DNA of 55,612 nucleotides from the sequence record SRR31156797_8891; one strand, given 5' to 3'. Position numbers and translations under genes: made by a program. The notes under the pieces were generated by a model, which was given only the letters and a program-made list of their open reading frames with translations, searched no databases and had not been told where the DNA came from. Shown here piece after piece: positions 31,094-40,346 of this stretch; within the stretch, counting starts at the first letter, position 1; each line of letters begins with the position of its first letter.

Positions 31094-31114
31094 CGACAGA
31101 GTGTCACTCTGTCG
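31094..31114. repeat. Perfect 21-bp palindrome inside the peptide-ligase operon
   Basis: CGACAGAGTG-T-CACTCTGTCG, 7 nt downstream of the DUF2126 gene stop. Confidence 0.75.
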
Positions 31115-31121
31115 TGCCTTG

Positions 31122-34100
31122 TTACCCTGTTGGGGTCCGCAAATCAAGAGTATATGGAAAATAGCGATTGCTTTCCTCAGCAGGCATAAAGACAAAGTCA
31201 CCTGGAGTGTGGCCATGGGGGATGAATCTGGCATTTCGTCGTCCCTCAGCTTCGTAGGAATTTACGGGGAAGTCATCGTTGCTGCGGCCTCCAGGGTGGC
31301 CAACATGATATTGACAACCACCAACTGCACGTCCGGTCCAGGTATCAAAGAGATCAATGGTCAGAGGCGCATGTATCCCTATGGTGGGGTGCAAGCATGA
31401 TGGCGGCTGCCAAGCGCGGTAGCGCACGCCAGCCACGAACACCCCTGCTGTAGTTGTTGCCTGCAAAGGAACACGTCGTCCATTGCAGGTAATAATATAG
31501 CGTTCACCAATCATACCAGAGACTTTTATCTGGATTCTTTCCAGGGATGAATCTACATACCGCGCAGTCCCTCCGCCGCCCGGTTCTTCGCCCAGCACAT
31601 GCCAGGGTTCCAGTGCCTGGCGTAATTCAATCTCCATTCCCTGGTAATTCACCCTGCCGTAAATAGGAAAACGAAATTCAAAATGTGGGTGAAAGAAATC
31701 CATAGAGACGGGATATCCAGCTTGTTTAAGGATATTCAGAACATCAGAAAAATCATCTCGTACCAACTGAGGAAGCATGAAACGGTCGTGTAGACGGGTA
31801 CCCCAACGAACCAGTTCTTGGCGATAAGGTGTTTTCCAAAACCAGCTGACAAAGATTCTAAGAAGAAGCTGTTGGGCAAGACTCATGCGAGCATGGGGCG
31901 GCATTTCAAAGGCACGGAATTCTAGTAAGCCGAGCCGTCCCGCAGCACTGTCCGGGGAGTAAAGTTTATCAATGCAAAACTCAGCACGGTGGGTGTTTCC
32001 CGCAACGTCTACCAGAAAATTTCGATACAATCTATCAACGAGCCATGGAGGACATGGTTGATATGGTCCGGTTTGACGGTCTTGCTCGGCAAAGGCAATT
32101 TCGAGTTCATACAGACTGTCATGTCTTGCTTCATCGATACGCGGCTGCTGGCTGGTTGGGCCAATAAAAAGTCCAGAAAAGAGAAAAGAAAGCGAAGGGT
32201 GGTTGTTCCAGAAGGTGACAAAGCTGCGTAACAGGTCAGGGCGCCGCAGAAAGGGGCTATCTGCAGGTGTCGCGCCGCCTATTACAATGTGATTACCCCC
32301 GCCGGTACCTGTGTGACGACCATCCACCAAGAATTTTTCAGTTCCGAGTCGAGTCTCGCGAGCTAATTTATAAAGGGTGGTGGTGCAGTCAACCATCTCC
32401 CGCCAACTGTGCATGGGCTGTATATTGACCTCGATAACACCTGGGTCGGGAGTGACTTTTAAACTTTCCAGGCGATAATCAGAAGGCGGTGCATATCCTT
32501 CAAGGACAACGGGCAATTTGGTTTTTCTGGCGGTTGTTTCAATACAGTTAACCAGTTCCAGATACCCTTCAAGGGACGTGATTGGCGGCATGAAAACGTA
32601 AAGTCGTCCATCACGAGGCTGAACGCACAGCGCTGTTCGAACCAGCCAGGCAGCAGATTCGCCAACCACAGGTTCAGGATCTTCAAAGGGTTCCGGTTGG
32701 GCACTGATGTCATCCGCTGCCTTGGGGTTTTTATCTTCCTTAACATCCCTGGCCTTTTTGCCGCCTTTTCCTTTTTTACCCCTTTTGCCATTTTCATCTG
32801 CTGCCAGGGGGGGCCGGTCAGCCATCGGATCCAGGGAATATTCAGCTGGGATGTCTTCTTCGGCCACCCAAGGTAGAGAATCCAAGGGCAGGCGCAGGCC
32901 CACGGGGGAGTCACCCGGCAACAGGAACATATGGTCTCCTCTTAGAGGCCACGGGCCACTCTTCCACGAGCCATGTTGTAATGGTAATACATACCCTACC
33001 ACTGCTCCAAGGCCGCGCTGGAAGGCATTCACCATCCGCTTTCTTTCTTCGGGATCATCTAATTTAGGGTCTGTCGGATCAACATTTACAGGCAGGTCTC
33101 TTTCTTTGAGCAAATAGTGCAGGACATCCTCATAACTTTCATTGATGTACTCCCTGCTGACCTTTAAGATGTCTGCCAAGGTGTTGATAAAAGTTTCAGC
33201 CTCCGTTACCCCAAATCCATAATCTATGGCAAAATCAGCCATCCATTTATCATTTTTCCAAATTGGCTCACCATCTTTACGCCAATAACATCCCAAAGCC
33301 CACCTGGGAAGAGACTCCCCCGGATACCATTTCCCCTGACCATAATGAAGAAATCCTCCAGGAGCCCACTCTTTTCTCAGCTTTTTAATGAGCGTTTCTG
33401 AAAAATCCAGCTTCTCTTTACCCAAAGCTTCAGTGGTCCACTGTGCTCCTTCCATGTCATCGATGGAAACAAAGGTAGGCTCTCCCCCCATGCTTAAGCG
33501 AACATCCTGGTCCAGTAAGTCCTGATCGATTTGGTCGCCAAGTGTAAGAATGTCAGACCAGATGCTTTCAGGATAAGGTCGTGTGGAACGTGGTGCTTCG
33601 AGGACGCGCGTAACAGACATGCTATGGTTAAACTCCACCTCGCACTCATCCAAGGCACCGCTTATAGGTGCTGCACTTTGTGGCTCTGGCGAGCAGGCAA
33701 GGGGTATATGGCCTTCACCGGCAAAGAGACCGGAAGTAGGGTCCATTCCCACCCATCCAGCCCCGGGAAGATACACCTCCGTCCAGGCATGGAGGTCGGT
33801 AAAATCAACTTCAGTTCCGGAGGGACCATCCAAGGATTTAACGTCCTGCTTCAATTGCACCAGATACCCGGAAACAAAACGGGCGGCCATGCCAAATTGC
33901 CTCAGGATATTTACCAGCAACCATGCAGAGTCCCGACAGGAGCCGCTTTTCTTTTCCAGAGTCTGTTTACAGCTCTGTACATTAGGTTCCATGCGGATGA
34001 GGTAGCTGATGTCATTGCTCAGCTTTGTGTTCAAATCCACTAAGAAATCAATGGTTCGCCTAGGTGTACAGTCGATTTTTTTGAGATATTTTTTGAGTTT

Positions 34101-34475
34101 TTTACCCGCCGCTTTCTCTGCCAGGTAAGGGGTTAATTCTTCCTTCAGATCCTTCTCGTAGGCAAAGGGGAATTCTTCGGCGTCCGGTTCCAGGAAATAA
34201 TCAAAGGGGTTAATGATGATCATGTCCGCAACCAGATCAATCTCAACAACAAATTCATTTGTTTTTTCTGGAAAAACCAACCGTCCTAAATAGTTGCTGA
34301 AAGGGTCCTGTTGCCAATTGATAAAATGATCCGTGGGAGTAACTTTCATGGAGTAACTTAGGATCGGAGTTCGGCAATGGGGAGCCGGGCGTAGCCGGAC
34401 TATCTGGGGTGCAAGATTTATATCTCGATCGTAATGATATGAAGTTTTGTGGTTTATTGCGATATGGATTCCCAC
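31122..34475 (-). CDS. Transglutaminase domain fused to DUF2126 (putative COOH-NH2 amidoligase)
   Basis: GSCRDSAW, DLHAW, GMDPT, then MGGEPTFVS, GKWYPGE, TPDPGVIEVN, TGGGNH, GNTHRAEFCIDK and EFRAFEMPP. Confidence 0.9.
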   Translation of the reverse strand: MGIHIAINHKTSYHYDRDINLAPQIVRLRPAPHCRTPILSYSMKVTPTDHFINWQQDPFSNYLGRLVFPEKTNEFVVEIDLVADMIIINPFDYFLEPDAEEFPFAYEKDLKEELTPYLAEKAAGKKLKKYLKKIDCTPRRTIDFLVDLNTKLSNDISYLIRMEPNVQSCKQTLEKKSGSCRDSAWLLVNILRQFGMAARFVSGYLVQLKQDVKSLDGPSGTEVDFTDLHAWTEVYLPGAGWVGMDPTSGLFAGEGHIPLACSPEPQSAAPISGALDECEVEFNHSMSVTRVLEAPRSTRPYPESIWSDILTLGDQIDQDLLDQDVRLSMGGEPTFVSIDDMEGAQWTTEALGKEKLDFSETLIKKLRKEWAPGGFLHYGQGKWYPGESLPRWALGCYWRKDGEPIWKNDKWMADFAIDYGFGVTEAETFINTLADILKVSREYINESYEDVLHYLLKERDLPVNVDPTDPKLDDPEERKRMVNAFQRGLGAVVGYVLPLQHGSWKSGPWPLRGDHMFLLPGDSPVGLRLPLDSLPWVAEEDIPAEYSLDPMADRPPLAADENGKRGKKGKGGKKARDVKEDKNPKAADDISAQPEPFEDPEPVVGESAAWLVRTALCVQPRDGRLYVFMPPITSLEGYLELVNCIETTARKTKLPVVLEGYAPPSDYRLESLKVTPDPGVIEVNIQPMHSWREMVDCTTTLYKLARETRLGTEKFLVDGRHTGTGGGNHIVIGGATPADSPFLRRPDLLRSFVTFWNNHPSLSFLFSGLFIGPTSQQPRIDEARHDSLYELEIAFAEQDRQTGPYQPCPPWLVDRLYRNFLVDVAGNTHRAEFCIDKLYSPDSAAGRLGLLEFRAFEMPPHARMSLAQQLLLRIFVSWFWKTPYRQELVRWGTRLHDRFMLPQLVRDDFSDVLNILKQAGYPVSMDFFHPHFEFRFPIYGRVNYQGMEIELRQALEPWHVLGEEPGGGGTARYVDSSLERIQIKVSGMIGERYIITCNGRRVPLQATTTAGVFVAGVRYRAWQPPSCLHPTIGIHAPLTIDLFDTWTGRAVGGCQYHVGHPGGRSNDDFPVNSYEAEGRRNARFIPHGHTPGDFVFMPAEESNRYFPYTLDLRTPTG

Positions 34476-34569
34476 AGGTATTCCTTTTGGTAATCAGGAC
34501 ATGGTCCTCGGGCAACGCCAGGGATCATGTGCATGGTTTAATGGATTGCGGCACTGACATCACTGGCGG

Positions 34570-35544
34570 CTATTGCACGTTTTCAGTCACTTTAACCTGA
34601 GGTTTGATATTGAAAAACGTAGTGCCAATTGTGCCCCCCATCATATTAAGTCGAGTCTGCAGATTGTCTAGAAATTCGTGGAGACCAGATTCAATTACCT
34701 CGTTAATATCAGTATACTCAAGGTCTGCCATAAGTCGACCTAGCTGCTTTTCAGCGTCATTGGTGACAGTTCCATTTGGAGATCCGGCAATACGGTGAAG
34801 GCAGATCTGGGCTTTAGATATGCAGTGATAGATGGAGCGTGGAAACTGCTTGTCGAAGATTAAAAAATTAGCAACGTTCAGTGGTGTGATTTGATGAAAT
34901 TCTTTTCGGTACATTTCAAACGCACTGGCAGATCTCAGTACTGATATCCATTGGATATTATCGATTGGGGTGTTCACTAAATCTGCCTGGGGGAGCAGCA
35001 TGAAGTATTTAACATCCAGGATTCGTGACGTCTTGTCCGCACGTTCTATCATCATGCCAATTCTGGCAAAATTCCAGGCTTCGCCATGACTCAGCGTACA
35101 ATCAAGCAGCCCGGTAAACAGGTGGCTGCGCATTTTGATTATGTTGAAAAAACGGTCTGGATCCTCCAGTGCCATTTTGATGCTTTCTTCCTTGATGAGT
35201 TCCAGGTAGAAGTTGTTCAAGTGCTCCCACATTTCTGAGGAAATGATTTCCCGAATGGAGCGGGCATTTTCCCTGGCAGCGGCAACGCAGCTCAGGATAG
35301 AATTAGGATATCCTCTGTCAAAGGTTAGAAACCAGATTACAGCCTCTTGATTATAGTCTCCCTCTCTTTTTTTAAACAGTTCCTGGTCACCAGTTGTCAT
35401 CACCAGTGGTGACCAGGAACTGTCCTTTTCTGAAGGCATATCCAGTAAAAGATTGAGATTGACCCCAATGAAGCGAGCTACATTTTCTGCCCGCTCTAAA
35501 TAGCGGCACATCCAGTAAATTGAGTTGGCGACACGGCTAAGCAT
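34570..35544 (-). CDS. Alpha-E domain protein (DUF403)
   Basis: MLSRVA, RYLERAEN, ARENARSIR, IERADKTSRILDVKY, FPRS. Confidence 0.92.
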   Translation of the reverse strand: MLSRVANSIYWMCRYLERAENVARFIGVNLNLLLDMPSEKDSSWSPLVMTTGDQELFKKREGDYNQEAVIWFLTFDRGYPNSILSCVAAARENARSIREIISSEMWEHLNNFYLELIKEESIKMALEDPDRFFNIIKMRSHLFTGLLDCTLSHGEAWNFARIGMMIERADKTSRILDVKYFMLLPQADLVNTPIDNIQWISVLRSASAFEMYRKEFHQITPLNVANFLIFDKQFPRSIYHCISKAQICLHRIAGSPNGTVTNDAEKQLGRLMADLEYTDINEVIESGLHEFLDNLQTRLNMMGGTIGTTFFNIKPQVKVTENVQ

Positions 35545-35554
35545 CCCATTCCTC

Positions 35555-37000
35555 CTATTCTTTATTAGGTAACAGTACCCAAGTATCCTTACTTCCGCCG
35601 CCCTGGGATGAGTTGACCACCAGGGACCCTTTTTGCAGTGCCACGCGGGTTAACCCGCCCGGTTGTACATAAATATCCTTACCAAAGAGCACATAGGGGC
35701 GCAGGTCCACATGCCGTCCCTCAATCCGATCGCCAACTATGGTTGGTACCCGGGAAAGTGAAAGGGTCGGTTGAGCTATATAATTACGGGGTGTTGCAAT
35801 AATTTTTTTGGCAAAGAGGTCTCGTTCTGCGGCAGTGGAATGCGGTCCTATCAACATGCCGTATCCACCAGACTCATTGGCAGCCTTCACTACCAGATCC
35901 CTAAGATTTGAAAGAACGTAGTCCCTGTCTTTTTCTTCCCGGCAAATATAAGTAGGTACGTTGGGCAGGATAGCATCTTCGCCTGTATAATATTTTATTA
36001 TCTTGGGCACATAGGCATATATCACCTTGTCGTCCGCAATTCCGGTTCCCGGTGCATTGGCCATGGCGATTCGGCCAGCCTTGTACACATCGACAAGCCC
36101 CTTCACTCCGAGCAGGGAATCTGGTCGGAAGACCGCAGGGTCTATAAAATCATCGTCTATTCGCCGGTAGAGAACATCGATCCGTTTAAGACCTTTAGTG
36201 GTAAGCATGTGAATAAACCCATCCGCTACCACTAGGTCTCTACCCTCTACCAGTTCAACTCCCATCTGCTGAGATAAAAAGGAGTGCTCGAAATAGGCGC
36301 TGTTGTAAATGCCGGGGGTAAGTACGCCAATGGTGGGTGACTGAACCTCACTTGGCGCAAGATATTCAAGCATTTCTAAAAGTTTACCGGGATATTCATC
36401 TACTGGCTGTACTCGTGACGCCTCAAACACCTGGGGGAAGGTACGTTTTAGTACTTGGCGATTTTCGAGAACATAGGAGACTCCAGAGGGACAGCGAAGA
36501 TTGTCTTCCAGTACGTAAAAACACCCGTCTCCCCCCCGTACCAAATCTGTACCGGTTACATGACACCATATTTTGTGGGGTGGAGTGAATCCCTCGCATT
36601 CCTTTCGGTAAGTTTGGCTGCTGAGAATCAGATCTTCAGGAACGACCTTGTCTTTCAGGATTTTTTTATCGTTATAAATGTCCTGAATGAATTCATTGAG
36701 AGCGTAGATGCGTTGTTTGAGACCTGATTCGATCTGCTGCCATTCATCCCACGCAATAATGCGAGGGATGAGGTCAAAGGGCAAGATTTTTTCAGTGCCT
36801 TCATCGCGGCCATAGACGTTAAAAGTTATGCCCATTTTGAGGAGCAATGCTTCAGCTGCTTCTTGACGCAAAGCCAGATCCCCTTCTGGCAGCGACTCGA
36901 TTTTATCCACCAGCAATTGAACACCCGGGCGGGGGGTACCGCTTTCGTCGATCAACTCATCGTGAAATCCTTCAAGGTCATATGCTCTAAATGTCTCCAT
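35555..37000 (-). CDS. Circularly permuted type 2 ATP-grasp peptide ligase (predicted active)
   Basis: VLEDNLRCPSGVSYVLENR, YRRIDDDF, VVKAANESGGYG, GGLTRVAL, NSSQGGGSKDTWV. RBS GAGGAAAGG before ATG 37000. Confidence 0.92.
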   Translation of the reverse strand: METFRAYDLEGFHDELIDESGTPRPGVQLLVDKIESLPEGDLALRQEAAEALLLKMGITFNVYGRDEGTEKILPFDLIPRIIAWDEWQQIESGLKQRIYALNEFIQDIYNDKKILKDKVVPEDLILSSQTYRKECEGFTPPHKIWCHVTGTDLVRGGDGCFYVLEDNLRCPSGVSYVLENRQVLKRTFPQVFEASRVQPVDEYPGKLLEMLEYLAPSEVQSPTIGVLTPGIYNSAYFEHSFLSQQMGVELVEGRDLVVADGFIHMLTTKGLKRIDVLYRRIDDDFIDPAVFRPDSLLGVKGLVDVYKAGRIAMANAPGTGIADDKVIYAYVPKIIKYYTGEDAILPNVPTYICREEKDRDYVLSNLRDLVVKAANESGGYGMLIGPHSTAAERDLFAKKIIATPRNYIAQPTLSLSRVPTIVGDRIEGRHVDLRPYVLFGKDIYVQPGGLTRVALQKGSLVVNSSQGGGSKDTWVLLPNKE

Positions 37001-37117
37001 CAAACCTTTCCTCGGTGATGTGGGATAATAATTGTTAACAGGCTGATCTCTTTGAAGGAAAACTTTCAAAAAGCCTGGAGCCGTTATTTGTATGACTTCA
37101 GCTGTATCATAGGGTTA

Positions 37118-37906
37118 TCAGTGATCAGTGCGTTGTATACTAACAGTCTGTGTGGCAGGGTACACCGCTGGCCCAAACTGGTTGTAGACGGCGACGTCAG
37201 CAGCATCACGGCCATAACCGAGTACAACATATCCTCCCTTGAGTTCTGCCTGGGTGGCATCAAAGGTGTACCAACGGCCCGCCAGATACGCTTCGAACCA
37301 GGCGTGCAGGTCCATGGGTTCCAATCCGTGGAGATAGCCTACAACCATACGCGCAGGAATACTGAGACTCCTGCACAGAGCTATCCCTAGATGTGCAAGG
37401 TCACGGCAAACACCCCATTGTCTGGCGTTGACCTCCACGGCTGACACAGGGATGTCGCTTTCCCTGTATTCATAGCGGATCGTAGCGCGCACCCACGCTT
37501 CGATGGCCGCGACTTGATTATAGCCGAGGAGTTGACCTGCCGTAATTTCGGTCGCCATTTGGCCAAAACGTTCCGACTCGCAATATCGACTGGGGAGGAG
37601 ATAACAGAGTACGGCGTCTGGTAAATGCTGGATTTCAACAAAAGGAGCACCCTGTGCCCGATCAACGTTGTCTGCAAGAATTACTTCGGCAGCAGTGTGT
37701 ATTGAGAAGGGCCCTGGCGGAGCAATCAAACGTTGGCAAAGGTTTCCGTAATTATCAGTAAATTCAGATACGGGTACACGTGGAACAAGGGTGTATCTCT
37801 CACTGGCTACCCATTGCTGCGCGCCGCTGCGGGGCCGCAGCATCAGTACAAAGGGTGTCGGCACATTAATATCAAACGTCAAGTCACAGCTTGTATGCAA
37901 CTGCAT
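37118..37906 (-). CDS. Transglutaminase-like protein, second subfamily
   Basis: YLLPSRYCES, GVCRDLAH, DLHAWFE, TFDAT, GRDAADV. Confidence 0.9.
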   Translation of the reverse strand: MQLHTSCDLTFDINVPTPFVLMLRPRSGAQQWVASERYTLVPRVPVSEFTDNYGNLCQRLIAPPGPFSIHTAAEVILADNVDRAQGAPFVEIQHLPDAVLCYLLPSRYCESERFGQMATEITAGQLLGYNQVAAIEAWVRATIRYEYRESDIPVSAVEVNARQWGVCRDLAHLGIALCRSLSIPARMVVGYLHGLEPMDLHAWFEAYLAGRWYTFDATQAELKGGYVVLGYGRDAADVAVYNQFGPAVYPATQTVSIQRTDH

Positions 37907-38253
37907 CAATCGCCCCCCCAAATGCACTCACAATCTGAAATCGATTGGTGTGCAATGCTGCAATTTGCTAAACTCCAGATTCGAACAACGCTTTTCTGCA
38001 TATTTTTTTCAATACCACATTACTTGGTTTCTTTATAGCCTAGATATGCGTCATCGCAGGAAAAATAATAATTAGACTGTAGATAGTTATGGATAGTCAA
38101 AGGCAAGACTGCCATGAGAACAGGCTGAAGCTCATGCCAGAGATAGGTCATCGAGAGGGTCAAGTTAATAAAGACGACATGGCACTGACGTGAGTTACGA
38201 TTATGATGATCGCCTATTGTCCGCAATGTTAAATTCGGCTTTGTGCTGTGTTT

Positions 38254-38678
38254 TCAAGCGGCCTGTTTACTCTCATCACAGGATAGAGACTGTAAATTCG
38301 GACAGGTAACGACATCATCCTTCCCATCCCATGAACCAAGGTAAGGGGCGAGACGTTCATCCGTAAAACCTTGGATCGACATGCCGTCAACTCTTATGAG
38401 TGGGCGCTTGATTAGGATTGGATTTTTGATCATGAGGGTAACTGCTTCATCGTATTGCAGGTTTGCAGGTATTATTTCCCCTTTCTTAATTGCCGGTGCG
38501 GTATGATTCATGATCAAAGATGGTTCCTTGTTCGCAATAAAAGGGGCTAGTTCTTCTCGACTCCAAGTGTGTTCTAATATATTTATACATTCAAGATCAT
38601 TTCCAGCCTCGATCAAGATTTTTTTTGTTTTTCGCCATTGATACAACCAGGTTTTTCAAAAAATTGGATAAAAGTCAT
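38254..38678 (-). pseudogene. Nitrogenase-associated ArsC/Spx-family protein with a one-base frameshift at an A8 run (mutation, slippage or sequencing error)
   Basis: ATG 38678 with AGAGG RBS gives MTFIQFFEKPGCINGEKQKK then a stop. One extra A at 38619-38626 joins it to ILIEAG...APAIKKG...NPILIKRPLI. Confidence 0.75.
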
Positions 38679-38726
38679 ATGTTTGCCTCTTATTTTTACA
38701 GGGAGCGCGATGGGGTTCCCATACTG

Positions 38727-38948
38727 TCAATCTGTGTGTGATTCAACCACTTCATCCAAGCTCCCCTGCCAGGTACAGGCACCGCAACAAATGTTGTGTG
38801 TGTCAATAACCAGATCACTAATAGTGCCGGTGGCCAATTGGATAAACTCTACCGTACGTTCAAGTGTAACTTGAAAAATAATTTTCGGACCTGTTTTTGA
38901 GGCCAGAAAATACTTTGATCCGCAACTGGGGCAGATATATTGAGCCAT
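38727..38948 (-). CDS. Small Cys-rich Zn-ribbon-like protein (73 aa)
   Basis: CPSC...CCGAC; GAGG RBS upstream. Confidence 0.7.
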   Translation of the reverse strand: MAQYICPSCGSKYFLASKTGPKIIFQVTLERTVEFIQLATGTISDLVIDTHNICCGACTWQGSLDEVVESHTD

Positions 38949-39010
38949 GATTATATTCCTCAGATTAACCGTAATTGATTACAGTGATGTCCTGTGGTCT
39001 AACTATGTCA

Positions 39011-39026
39011 AGCAAAACTTGCTCCA
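39011..39026 (-). promoter_or_regulatory. Putative sigma54 promoter
   Basis: Minus strand TGGAGCAAGTTTTGCT = GG-N10-GC, 62 nt upstream of the Zn-ribbon gene. Confidence 0.6.
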
Positions 39027-39260
39027 TCTTCGTCTGTAAAATATTTTGTTTGGCAAAATCATTTGGTTATCTATAAGTAATCGACAGGTGATGGCCTGGA
39101 AAGGGAGCTGTCTGTTTAGTGTGATTCCTACAAAAAAGAAGCGAAAGTGACAGAATTGGCAGAGTGGGTAGGCAGTATTTTTTATGATAAAAAAAGTGTA
39201 TTGAGACCGCTAGCGTGGATGATGAACCCTTGATACTGTTAAAGGATTGGTTTTATATAT

Positions 39261-39851
39261 ATGTCCCTGTTTATACCTACAATGCGATCGATATTGTTTT
39301 TCTTGCCCTCCAGCATATGTGTTGTTGTAATGTCGATTCTGCTGGTCTATCCGGTAAGTGGTGGCCAAAATACAATTCGGATTCTTATAGACACCAAAGC
39401 GCTAACCTTGAAGGTCATGCAAGGTGACAAGGAAGAGGTTACCTTTACCGATATCGCAATTGGTCGTTATGGGGCGGATGCTGATAGAAGAAGAGGTGAT
39501 AACACCACTCCCCTTGGGCATTTCACCATTGGCTGGATAACGGAGGATACGTCTTTCCATCGTTTTTTTGGTTTTCGCTATCCAAGTCAAGGATATGCAG
39601 AACGTGCCTTTCGGGCGGGGTATCTTGATAAAAAGACATGGAATGCAATCCGCCAGGCCTTTGCATCAGGGCGTCTTCCACCTCAGAATACCGTTCTTGG
39701 CGGCAACCTGGGAATACACGGTATAGGCAAGGGAGATATTCACATCCATAAACAATATAATTGGACCAATGGCTGTGTTGCCCTGACCAATGAACAGATT
39801 GATCGCCTCACGAAATGGATCAACATCGGAACTTCGGTTGAAATACGGTGA
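39261..39851 (+). CDS. YkuD-family L,D-transpeptidase-like protein (YafK/DpaA-like)
   Basis: GDNTTPLG, SFHRF, GGNLGIHG, WTNGCVAL; N-terminal hydrophobic segment. Confidence 0.8.
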   Translation: MSLFIPTMRSILFFLPSSICVVVMSILLVYPVSGGQNTIRILIDTKALTLKVMQGDKEEVTFTDIAIGRYGADADRRRGDNTTPLGHFTIGWITEDTSFHRFFGFRYPSQGYAERAFRAGYLDKKTWNAIRQAFASGRLPPQNTVLGGNLGIHGIGKGDIHIHKQYNWTNGCVALTNEQIDRLTKWINIGTSVEIR

Positions 39852-39986
39852 ATCCGCTTTTTTATTTTTCGCGTAGAAAAAGAATGGCCCGTCTAATCTA
39901 CCAGTATTATAGTTAATAGTGTTACGAGGTAGGGGAAACTGCCGGAAATACCATCCCATAAATCCTAACAAGGAGGCTTTTCAATC

Positions 39987-40262
39987 ATGAGACACATAGT
40001 AAAAGTACTTGCGTTGTTCATCGCTCTCGGGCTTACAGGTTGTGCAACGACCAAGGATTTAGAAGCTGTCAGGCTCCAGGCCCAACAGGCGAATCAGACA
40101 GCCGATGCGGCTTTGAAAACGGCAGAAGAGGCCAAAGCTATTGCTCAAGAGGCCAAAGCGATTGCGCAAAATGCCAACGCGATGGCCCTGGACGCCGATG
40201 CAACTTCTAAAACCACGGAAAGTAAAATCGACCGTATGTTTAAAAAGGCAATGTACAAATAA
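39987..40262 (+). CDS. Lpp/OprI-family alanine-zipper lipoprotein
   Basis: Lipobox LTGC (Cys19), Ala-rich heptads and C-terminal KIDRMFKKAMYK ending in Lys. AAGGAGG RBS. Confidence 0.88.
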   Translation: MRHIVKVLALFIALGLTGCATTKDLEAVRLQAQQANQTADAALKTAEEAKAIAQEAKAIAQNANAMALDADATSKTTESKIDRMFKKAMYK

Positions 40263-40280
40263 ATCTTCATGTTTTTTGTT

Positions 40281-40319
40281 AGAGCCCCGCCATTTGAGAA
40301 GGGGCTCTTTCTCTTTTTT
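40281..40319 (+). terminator. Rho-independent terminator after the lipoprotein gene
   Basis: AGAGCCCC-N12-GGGGCTCT followed by TTCTCTTTTTT. Confidence 0.75.
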
Positions 40320-40346
40320 GCTCGTTGAACCTTTAGCTAACAGTGT

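Noticed and set aside
37921-38250. NtrC-like TGCAC half-sites, a sigma54 promoter for the ligase cluster, and a 68-aa ORF
   Set aside because: Spacings do not fit TGCAC-N7-GTGCA or GG-N10-GC; the ORF lacks RBS and motifs.
39030-39200. NifA upstream activator site (TGT-N10-ACA)
   Set aside because: The TGT/ACA pairs I checked have 7- or 14-nt spacers.
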